64,000 nucleotides of DNA from an uncultured Christensenella sp. (GTDB lineage: Bacteria; Bacillota; Clostridia; Christensenellales; UBA1242): the NCBI GenBank assembly GCA_949841595.1, contig CATKZB010000005.1, positions 2,178 to 66,177 on the forward strand, given 5' to 3'. Shown in pieces: positions 1-12,000 of the stretch. Position numbers and translations under genes: made by a program. Within the stretch, counting starts at the first letter, position 1, and the number at the start of each line of letters is the position of its first letter. The notes under the pieces are model-generated. The model worked only from the letters and a program-made list of their open reading frames with translations, was not told the origin of the DNA and did not search any database.

Positions 1-5
1 AAAAC

Positions 6-3000
6 TTGCCAGTTCTGTTGAATAATATCAGCAATCTTTTGACATATGGTAATGTAAATTTGGAATGGACTGGTCCTTGGGATTTTAAAGACAAGTGGGT
101 GTATTCAAACATAACTACCACTGGCTCTGCCGTTGACAGTTATCACCTGGTTACAAAGCCATTTATGACTTACACAGAAGGATCACATCACAAAGTATAT
201 CTTTACAACACAAAATCTGACGTGACACAAGGTGTGTTGGCTTATGTTGCCACAACCAATTCAGTTGTGACCAGTTCTCAATTATGGTTTTCAGAAACCG
301 GATATCAACATAAATGGGCATACAATCCTGAAGGCTATGGATTGGACAGTGTTAAAATCACTGAAGATTGTGATCTCTACACAATTTGGAGTCCTATTTC
401 ATCAACAGTTACCCTCAATCCAGATGGTGGCTCGCTTAATTCTCCAAGCTCAATGACTGCAGACTATGGAACAATCCTGAATATTCAAGATCCAACAAAA
501 ACAGGTTATACATTCAAAGGTTGGACAGGGGACACTGCATATATAGGTGCAAATGACGAAAAAACTTTTAATGGCACAAGTGATTTTTACACTTTGGACA
601 AAAAATATAAATTCAAAGATGCGATAACTGTCAATCTTTGGGGCTATATGGACAACTGGGCAGAATATGGCACGAGTGAATGGGCAATGAGAATGATTTC
701 ATGTACGGAAGGAGGAGGTTGGGACATTCAATCCTCTAATTCGGGTCAAGTTCATTTTGGAATTTATGACGAAGGTAAGGGTTATAAAAATATAGTTTCA
801 AACACTCTTTATTGGAAAGATTTAACAAGTGGCTGGCATATGTTTACTTTGACTTTTGGAGGTCAAACTGCCACAGCATATGTTGACGGGAATAGTATTG
901 GTTCAAGTGTTATAACAAGTGGCAGAATAGGTTATAATGCAAACAACACGATTTTTGTGGGAGCTGAAGCCGGTGGAAATGCAACAACTGCAGCAAGCAG
1001 CTATTTTAAAGGGAAAATCAGAAATGTGACTGTGGCGAACACTACTCTTACGTATGAAGAAATTTCAAAACTCTATGTTCAAACTCTTGGTTGGACCACT
1101 GACTATGATTATGTGGGAAGAAATGATGAGAAAACTTTTTCGGCTGATTCTGATGAATATACGATAGATAAAAAATATAAATACAACGACAAGTTTACTG
1201 TAAACTTTTGGGCTTATATGGACGATTGGGATAATTTCCCTACAGGTTCAAGACTTTTTGACGCTGGCAGTTGGTATGTTTATCGCAGTGGAAGTAGTAT
1301 AGTCGTCTATGGGTTGAATGGCAGTGTATCGCGATCTCTTGGGTCATTATCGACATTAGGTTCTGGTTGGCATATGTTTACAATTAGTTATACATATGGT
1401 AGCCAATTATGTTGGGGTGTGGATGGAAATATAAGTACTCTTACCACAGGTATCACCCGACCATCTATAACAACGGCTAATATAAAAATCGGGACAAAAT
1501 TCAGAGGAAAAATTAAAAATGTTTCAATAATACATAACGCCCTTTCAAGAGAACAATTAAGATACCTTTATACAACAAATTTGGGTTGGACAAGTGACAA
1601 AGGCTATGTTGATAAGTCTTATGAAAGAACCTTCAACGGAACAAGTGATTATTTCACTATTGACAGAAAATATATGTTTGAAGATGCAATCACAGTCAAC
1701 CTTTGGGGTTATATGGATGACTGGACTGGCTATGGTGTAAATGATTGGGCAATGAGAATGATTTCTTGCACTGAAAGTGGTGGCTGGAACATTGAATCAA
1801 CCCCTGATGGATTTATTAAATTTGCAATCTTTGACAAAGGGGTTGATTATCTTGCATTGACTGCCGAAAAAGAATGGAAAAATTTGTCAAGTGGCTGGCA
1901 TATGTTCACTCTGACTTTTAATGGAAATCAGGCGTTTGCTTATGTGGACGGAGAAACAATTAATTCTGTTTCTTTAACAAGTAAAAAAATTGGATATCAT
2001 CCTTCAAATTCTATTTTCGTTGGCGCAGAAGCTGCAGGCAGTGCAACTGCATCTGGTGGATGTTATTTCAAAGGAAAGATTAAGAATATTCAAATCTTGA
2101 ATTATGCAATAAATAATGTTTACAATTTATATAAAAGTGGACCAAGTGGTCAATTGGTGGATTTTGACACGGCTTACTCAACTCATTTTATGGCTGGAGA
2201 TGATACCTTAACTGCAAATTGGGAAACGGGTGTATATAGAGTTGTATTGGACAATCAAGAAGCAACCACAGCAGGAACTGAAGCTGTTTGGCTGAAATAT
2301 AACACAAATTGGTTTGCTGATAATAATGGAGCAATTTCAAATTCGAGCATTACTTCAATCACAGTTCCAAAAAAGACAGGGAATGCTTTTGGTGGCTATT
2401 ATACCGAACCTAATGGAAATGGCACGCAAATTATCAATGCAAGTGGAACCTTTGTTTCAACGACCTGCCTTTCTGAGAGTTGCACTCTTTATGCAAAGTG
2501 GACTTATGTAGCTCCACCAACAATTGAAAGAGCAACTTACGTTCAAAATGGAAAAGAAGGTTTTTACGTTTATGCTTATGTCACAAGTCAAGGCACAATA
2601 CAACAGGTTCAAACCTTGACAAGAAATGTGGAGACAGGACAAAATTATCCAGCTGATGGTTGGTGGTATAATTCTGCAGCTCGAATGACTTTGGGCGATT
2701 ACATAGTTGACGAAGAAACTTATAATTATCGAATCTATATTGATCTTGCAAATTTCGATTATAATTACACTCCTTATTGGACATTGATTAGAGCTTATGA
2801 CACTGTTGGAAATGGTGGCGACGGGAAGAACGATGTCACAGTGAATGTTAAACTTGGCTTTGATGTAACCTTTGAAAAGGGCCCTGCAACAGGTGGAACA
2901 GATTCTGTTTTCGCATATTATGGGGAAAATATGCCGGGAGTGCACGGTGAGAGTGACGACGATTATATTGATATGCCAACACCACCTGCAGGTTATTATC

Positions 3001-6000
3001 AAGGAATTTATTATTCAGGAACGGAGTATACAGAAAGTGCGACAATTCTTCCAACATATAGCAATTTGAATATAAGAAGAGTAAGCTTTGAAGGAGAGTC
3101 CTATGAATCGACTATTTTCCAAAAAGGAACATATGTTTATTTTGACTTTGCTTTAAATACTGACAATGAAAGCACGATCAAAGAAAATTTTGACTATGTC
3201 TCAATAAATGATAAGATATTAGGCGCTGTTTTTGATGGCAATCGTGTTTACGGCTCATATACAATAGGTGAAGGAGTTCAATATTTAGGAAAATATAGCT
3301 TTATTGATTTTAAAACTAAAGATCTCAACAACTTGGATATAATTGGTGTCAACAAACTTTATGTTATTCAACCTGAGGACAAATCGTATTATGATTGTGA
3401 CGGATATTATAATTGCACAATGGATGTTGCTGATGATATGACTTTGTTCTTGCAACTTGAAGGAGATATCTTCAACATAACTTTGGACAATCAAGATGCG
3501 AATACAACAGGAACAACAAGAATTCAATTGGAATATGCAAGTCGTTGGTGGCTGCAAGGAAAAGAAATTGCTGTCATAACAAAACCTGAAAAAGATGGAA
3601 ATTCTTTTGGTGGATACTTCACTGAAGCAAATGGCGCTGGAAAGCAAATTATTGACGCAAATGGAAATATTTTGCCAGGAAATACGACCTTTACAACGGC
3701 AAACACAACAATTTATGCAAAATGGGAAGCAAGTTCTTTCACAGTGACGGCAGATGCTAATGGTGGAACTATCACTGACTTGCCAGCTGAATGGACAATG
3801 GTTGAAGGTTCTGATGACACAAAAGCAACAGAAACTGTTCAATATGGTGGAACTTATATTTCTTTGCCATCAGCTGAGAGAACAGGATATACTTTTGCTG
3901 GATGGTTCACTCTTCCTGTTGGTGGAACAAAGATTGAAACAACTTCAATTTTTGAAGGTGTGAATGATTCAACTGTTATCTATGCACAATGGACGGCAAA
4001 CAGATATGAAATAAGTTTGGATGCGACGACTGGTGGAAGTTCACCTGCTTCAGTTTGGGTGGATTTTGACAGTAGTGATCTTTTTGACAGTGACGGTGTA
4101 ACAGTAAATCCAGTTGCAACAAAGGAAGGTTTAAATTTTGCAGGTTGGTATTTGCAAGGAACTGAAACTTTGCTTATTTCAAGTGAAGGAAGTCTGATTG
4201 CAAGTGTTGATGGCTACACAAACGAAAATGCACAATGGATCAGAGACGGTGGAGTCAGCTTGGTTGCAAAATGGAATGCCATGACTTATGTTTTGAAGTT
4301 TATGGATGGAGAAACTGAACTTAACTCAACAAATAAAGTTTATGGGACAGCTTTTACTGCTGATGAACTTTTCACTCCAACAAAAATGGGTTACACTTTT
4401 GGTGGATGGTTTGCAAATGATAAATTCACAGGTGATGCAGTTGTTGTGGATTCTGTTTTTGGAACAATCACAGCAACTTTTGACGATGTTTCAACGGAAG
4501 GTACAAATGCTTATATCTATGCAAAATGGAATGCAATCACTTATGAATTGGCATATGAAACCAATGGTGGCGAACCAATAACTCAGACACGTGAAAAAGA
4601 ATATAACACAAAGTTCACAGAAAACGAACTTCCAACTCCAACAAGAAAAGGTTACACTTTCTTGGGTTGGTTTAAGAATGTGGCTCTCACAGGAGACAAT
4701 CTTACAACAGAAGACTCTTTCAATGAGAATTCTGCAACATTTGTCACTTCAACAGAAAATAAAGTGACAGCTTATATCTATGCAAAATGGTCAGTTAACA
4801 CCATTGAAGTGACTTTGAATTTAAATAAAGCAAATGGCGAAACAACTGATAAAACAAGCACAAATCCAACTTTTGAAGGAGTGACAGCAAGTGCTGGTGA
4901 TGCAAATTTGGCTGTTGTTTACATAACTTATGCAACTACAAATATCTATGCTTCAAGGAGTGGAGAAAATTATCCTTATGCTCCTGTTGGAAGTGTTGTA
5001 AATCCAAAAGCAACAAGAGTAGGTTATAGCTTTGCTGGTTGGTTTACAGCTGAAACTGCTGGCGAAAAAATCATAGATGAGCAAGGCAATTTGGTGAGTG
5101 CTTTTGCTGCAAGTGGTGTGGATGGTTTGATGCTTTATGCACAATGGACGGCAAATTCTTACTCAATCACTTACAACCAAAACAAACCAGATGTTGCAAG
5201 CTCGACTGTCGAAGGAACAACAACAAATTCTGTTCATCATTTTGATGAATCAACCAATTTGACTGAAAATGACTTCACTCTTACGGGATGGAGCTTTGCA
5301 GGTTGGAACACTCAAGCTGATGGTTCTGGCGAAGCTTATTCAAATGGTCAGTCAGTTCTCAATTTAACAAATCAAAATAACATTGAAATTGTCTTCTATG
5401 CACAATGGACAGCAAACACATATACTTTGAATTACAACACAAATGGTGGAAATGAAATTGAAAGTGTGCAAAAAACTTATGACACTGCTTTCACAGCAAG
5501 CGAATTGCAAGCTCCTGTGAAAGACGGTTACACATTTGTCGGCTGGTATAATAATTCTGGTTTTGCAACGTTGGTTTCTGTTGGAGATATATTCAACAGT
5601 GCAAAAGCAACTTTTGCAGAAATTGGTCAAAAAGATACAAATGCAACAATTTTTGCAATGTGGAATGCAAGCAGATTTACTGTGACAGCAGATGCCAATG
5701 GTGGAACGATAACCGATGGAACTGGTGGCTGGGGTGTTGTTGCAAACACTGAAAATTCTCGTGCAACAAAACAAATAACTCATGGAGAACTCTATGGCAC
5801 ATTGCCTACAACTTCTAGAGTTGGTTACACTCTTTTGGGCTGGTTTACTTCAATCGAAGGTGGAACTCAAATCACTGATGCGTCTGTTTTTGAAGGAGTG
5901 GATGATTCAACTGTCGTTTATGCTCATTGGCAAGCAAACACAGTTCAAGTTACACTTGATTTAAACAAAGCAAACGGAACAACATCGTCTCCTAGCTTTG

Positions 6001-9000
6001 TTGAAGTGTCAGCCATTGAAGGAAATAATTCTAAAGCATTTGTTTACATCACATATGAAACAAAAAACATCTATGGGTCAAGAAATGGAGATGTTTATCC
6101 TTACGCACCTGTAGGTGACGTGATTGCTCCTAAAGCAGAACGTGACGGCTACAGATTTAATGGTTGGTTCAATGGAAACACAAAAGTTATTGATGAAAAC
6201 GGCGTTTTATGCGAAAATTGGACTTTGAAAGGTGAAGACGGTTATGGACTTCTTGCAAACTGGACTGCTTTATCTTACACAATAACTTTGGATGCAACCA
6301 CAAATGGAGGCAGTGGTGGTGAAACCTCTCATTCTGTAAAATTTGACGAACAAGTTAAGAATATTTCTTCTCTTCCTTCAAAAGAGGGATACAGCTTCTC
6401 TGGGTATTACACAGAAGCAGAAAATGGGACTCAAATTTTCTCTAATGAAGGTGCAATCATCCCTAATGTAAGTGGTTATACTGGTGCTAACGGAATTTGG
6501 AATTTTGCTGATAACATCACTCTTTATGCTCAATTTGGTGTGAGAGAATTCAATGTTACAGCAAGTGCAAACGGTGGAACAATTTCAGTGTTGAATGGTT
6601 GGAATGGAAATGCTGGTGACACTGCTGTGTCAAAGGGTGTGAAATTTGGCACGTCTTATGGAACATTGCCAGTGGCTGAAAGACTGGGATATACATTCCT
6701 TGGTTGGGCAAATTCTCAAGATGCAACAACAGCAAACATCACAGTGGAAACGCTTGGTTCGGCTTACGATCAAAACATTTGGGCTGTTTGGCAGATTGAT
6801 TCATACACAATCACATATAAAGACGGAGAAAATGAAATTTCAGATTTGATTCCAACAAGTTACACAGTCGAAAGCAACTCCGTTTTGCCAACTTACACAA
6901 AAACGGGATATGCTTTCCTTGGTTGGGAAACGTTGGAAGACTCTGGAAGTTGGAAAGTTGGACAAACATACTTAAACACTTCATTAAATGGAAAATATGG
7001 CGATGTTGTGTTGGTTGCAAAATGGAATGCAAACAAACATGTCATTACTCTCAATCAAAACGGAGCAACAATAAGTTCTGACCCAACAAGTTTGGAAATT
7101 GTTTATGAAACATCTCCAAAACTTTTGATAATCAATCCAGAAAGAACTGGCTACACTTTTGAAGGTTGGGCTGCTGATGAAAACGGAACTCTTTTGGTGG
7201 TAAACACAAAAGGTGAACTTTTGAAGAATGTCAACAAGTTTACAAATGAGCTTGGACAATGGATAAGAGATGAAGATGTGACATTGTTTGCAAAATGGTC
7301 TGGAAACAAATATACAATCACTTACAAAGCAAATGGTGGCGTGGGTGATGATCAAACACAAGAAGTGATTTTTGGATCTGCTTTCACAACAAAATCAAAC
7401 ACAACCTTCACTCGAACTGGTTACACACTCTCAAGCTGGGACGGAGAATATTCAGTTGTCAGCACTTCCTATATATATAACACAGCAGACGACACGGTGT
7501 TGAATGCACAATGGACTGCAAATAATTATAAAGTTTCTCTTGACAGACAAGGGGCAACAAACGGAACACAAGTTGTTTATCTGAAATATAACACAGCTTG
7601 GATTCTTGCTGATGAAAACGAAAATATCACAACAACTGTGATTGAGTCTGTGACAGTTCCTTCAAGAAGTGGTTTCAATTTCAATGGATACTACACAGCA
7701 ACAAATGGTGTTGGAAATCAAATTATAGATAAAGACGGAAAATTGGTTGGCAGTTTGACTTTCACATCTGACAACACAACAATTTATGCATGTTGGACAG
7801 CAAACAGATATGAAATTGTTTTGAATCTTGAAGGAGGTTCGTTGCTTGCTGGTTCTGTTGTAAACAACATTCTTTATGCTGAATATGGAAGCAGTTCAAT
7901 TTATTTGAATGCAGAAGGTATGGCTGTTTCTGTGCCTAGAGCAACAAAAAATGGCTATAGCTTTGCTGGTTGGTGGACAGCTGCTAATGCAGGAAATCAA
8001 ATTATTGACGAAAATGGTGAATATGTTGTAAGTTCGATTTTCACAAATGCAAACAAAGAGTGGATAGGCACAACTGGAACTTCACTCTATGCACAATGGA
8101 CAGCAGATGTTTACACAATCACTTATGACGCCAATGGTGGCGAATTTGCAAGTGGAATAAATGGTTCTCAAACTTACAAGATTGATGATGACAGTGTTGT
8201 TATCTATGGAAACAATCAAGTTTCAAGAAAAGGTTACACCTTGCAATGGAAAGCTGAAATTGTTCAAGGTTCAACAGTTTCAACCATTTGGTCAAATGCA
8301 ACTTCAGAATCAGGATATCTTGCACCTAGTGCTAATGTTGTCGGCGCTTACGGAAATGTTAAACTCGTTGCTCAATGGACCCCAAAGACAACAAACATTG
8401 TTTTGAACTTGATTCTTAATGGTGGCGTTGGACCAACAAGACACACTGCAGAATATGGACAAGTTGTGGCACAAATCCAATATTCAGGAGAAAAACCAGT
8501 TGGAATCACAACTGTTGCATGGAAAACAGGTTACACATTTGATGGTTTCTACACAGCAGATGGAAGTGGTTATAAGCTTTTCAATAATGACGGAACGGTT
8601 GTTGAAACTGCTGTTGCTGGTTGGCTTGAAGAAGGTGGAATTTGGGCTTGGGATGAAGATATCTTAAGTGGCGAAAAGACAAATGAGGTTACTCTTTATG
8701 CTCATTGGTCTGCAAATAAATATGTGCTGAATTACACCGTGGGAGAAGGCGTTTCAAAAATTGTTATTGCTGGTTCACTTGATAATGGCGAAAAGACAAC
8801 AAGTGGAAGTGTTGAAGCAGTTTACGGTCAAACTGTGACATTTACTGCAGTGCCTCAAGAAGGTTATTCAATAACAAATTGGACTGCTGGAACTACAGCA
8901 AATCCAACAAAACATGTCGGCTCTGTCACAACTGGTGCAAATGCAACGGCAAATTATACTTTTGTTTTAAACAATTCGTTGTTTGGAGTTGAAGAAGGGG

Positions 9001-12000
9001 CAACCATTCCTTCAAATGCTGTCTATTATCTTGCGTCTCATGCAACAGCAAATGAAGTTCAATACAGAATTCAATACAGACTCCAAAATGCTGACGGAAC
9101 TTATGGCAGTGCAAACATCTTGGGTGATTATGATGCTTTGACGGGCAGTGTGATCTTGCTTGAAGAAGTTAAGACCACTGTTGGAACAGTAAATGGTTAC
9201 AACTATGCTGGAAACAGATATTACACAAACAGCAGTGCTTCTGCAACGGGTTCTAATGCTGAATCCTTTATGGTTCTTGGTGATGGGAGTTTGGTTATTG
9301 AACTTGACTATAACTTTGCAACATACACCATCACATATGAAGGTGGAAATGGAAGCTATTGGCTTTATGGAGCAAAAAATACACAAAATTACACTATTTT
9401 TGATGAAATTCAATTAAAAACTTCAGAAAATATAAGAAGAACAGGATATGTTTTGTCTGCATGGACTCCAAACAATCAAGGTAATTGGGGGACGATAGAC
9501 ATTGCTGTAGATTCTGTTGTTTCAAGAGGAAAATATGGTGATGTCACATTAACAGCCGTTTGGACATTGGAAAGTTTTGACATTTCTTATGTTTTGTACA
9601 ATGGAAATTTTGTTAATGGCTTCACAGCACCAAACAGCTACACTTTCACAACAAGTGCAGTTACTTTACCTACGGCATCAAATGTAAATAGACTTGGATA
9701 TGAGTTTGCAGGTTGGAAAGAATCAATTAGCATCAAAAAATGGCATAATGGTTTTATCAATGCAACAAACGGAAATTTTGAAATAAGCGAAACATATGCA
9801 AATTCTGTTTACTCAGAAGCATTCACTTTGAAAGCTGGAAAAAACTATACTTTAAATGATTTTGCTGGAGATTTCAGATTTGCGATTTTTGACCTTGAAG
9901 GAAATTATATTGAAAGTGTTTATAATCGTTCTTATTCTCCTACTCAAGATGTCGTAGTTTGGTTGTTGCTCTATAGTGGCGCAACTGAAGCAGAAAAATC
10001 AGCGATAAACATTTCTTGTGACGAAGTTGTCGAAACGATTTCAACTCACAGTTTGGGACACAGAAATTATTCTGCACTATGGACTGCAAACAAAATTGAA
10101 GTGGAACTTAACCTTAATGATGTAAATTCTGGAAATGGATCTACTGTTGCAACAATTTCTCCTGCTTTGGAAGAAAATAAAGTTTATGTTAAATATGACA
10201 GCAAATATGTTTATGCAAATCTTTCAACAACAGTTTCTATAAGTCCAGTGGCAATCAGAGATGGTTACACATTCTTGGGGTGGTTTACACAAGATGAAAA
10301 TAAAATCTTCAATGCAGATGGAACTTTGATTGAAAATTGGACTTCAACAGAGAAAGTTGTACTTTATGCACATTGGCAAGCAAATTCTTACACTGTGACA
10401 TTAAATGGAAATGGTGGAAGTGTGACAAGCTTGACACTTTCAGCAAATTCAAATCTTCAAATTTCAACAGAAAATTCTGTTGTTACTGCAACTTTTGATA
10501 AGGAAGGAACTTTCAATACAACGCTTTCAAGAACAGGATTTACTTTCAAAGGTTGGTCGTTGAGTGCAAACGAAATGTCAGTTGATGGAATAACCAATGG
10601 TGTTATTGCAGGAAGCAATGGAACTTACACTTCAACAAGCACAAAAATATTGAATTTGGCAAACAGTGGAAATGTTGATTTGTTTGCAATTTGGGAAGCT
10701 GATTATGTGGAGGTTTCTCTTGAGCTAAATAAGGGCGAAGGATCAACAAATCCAACAATTACACAAGCCGTTGTTTATGCAAAATATGGTTCAACTTATT
10801 CAGAAGCAGTGACAGATAAGTCAAATGCTTCAACAACAAAAACTGGACTTCTTGTGCCTTCAAGAGATGGATATACTTTTGCTGGCTGGTGGACTGCTCA
10901 GACAGGAGGAACTCAAATTACAAATTCTTCTGTTGTAAGTGGAACATATGAAGACGGTGTTTATAAGACAACACTTTATGCTCATTGGACAGCAAACACA
11001 TACAATGTAACTTATTTCAAAAATTCTGGTGACACAACATCAGTTGCAGACACAGCAAAGGCGACTTTTGACCAAGATTACACTGTGCTTGCAGAAACAA
11101 ATGCATTATTTGATTTCAAAGTTGAAGGTTACACTTTTGCAAACTGGCAAACTTCACCGACAGGTGGAACAATCTATAATGTTGGGACAATCAAATATAC
11201 AGCTGTGGGAGATTTGTTCTTATATGCGATAAGAAATATAAATTCGTACACAGTGAATTATGATGCAAATGATTCCAACTATCAAGGAAAAGCAACATTA
11301 ATTGACGGAAAAACTTCAAGCTCAGTTTATTTGTACACTGCTTCAACCGATATATCTTCAAGATATACAAGAACTGGATATGATTTTGTGGCATGGAACA
11401 CAAGTGCAGACGGAACAGGAAAAACCATTACCGACACAAATAATATTGGCTTAGTTTCTGATGCAAATGGTTCTATCACTCTTTATGCAATTTGGAAACC
11501 TGAAGCTGTGAAATATACCGTATATCACATGACGCAAAATGTGGACGCAGCAGTGGCAGGAAAAACTGCATTTACTGTGATTGACAAATCAAATTATTCT
11601 CAAAATTCTGTTGAAACAAAAGAAGCTCAAAGTGGAGAAACTCTTTCTCAAGAGATTCTTGATGGATTGTATAAGTCTGTTGCAGGTTTTGAAAAATCAG
11701 AAACGATTGTGACAAACACCGATGCTTTTGTAGTTCAAGCAGACGGAACTTTGGAAATTTACTTGTTGTATTTAAGACAAAAACAAAACAATTTGGTAGT
11801 TTCAATTGGAACAGGCGTTGCTTCAGTTTCTGCAAAAGGTTTTGAGACAAGAAATATAACAGGCGTTACAGTTGATGACGTTATCACATTTAGTGGAATT
11901 TATTTTGGTGAAAGTGTAACCGTTTCAGCGTCAACTTTGTCAGGTTATAATAACCCAACATTTACAATTTTAAACAACTCAATAGAAAGCTTAACAAACA

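Noticed and set aside
6-8. TTG at nt 6 as the true start codon of the giant ORF
   Set aside because: The frame is open to the window edge. No SD can be assessed or seen, and the first residues lack a signal peptide although the protein is clearly extracellular. The start is most likely upstream of the window.
2457-3842. Antisense and alternative-frame ORFs inside the giant gene (e.g. 2457-3002, 3285-3842, 5364-5783, 9012-9413, 22443-23114, 25392-25793)
   Set aside because: Their translations are Cys/Ile/Phe-rich low-complexity sequence with no SD or motifs. They mirror the codon bias of the giant sense frame, so they are typical shadow ORFs.
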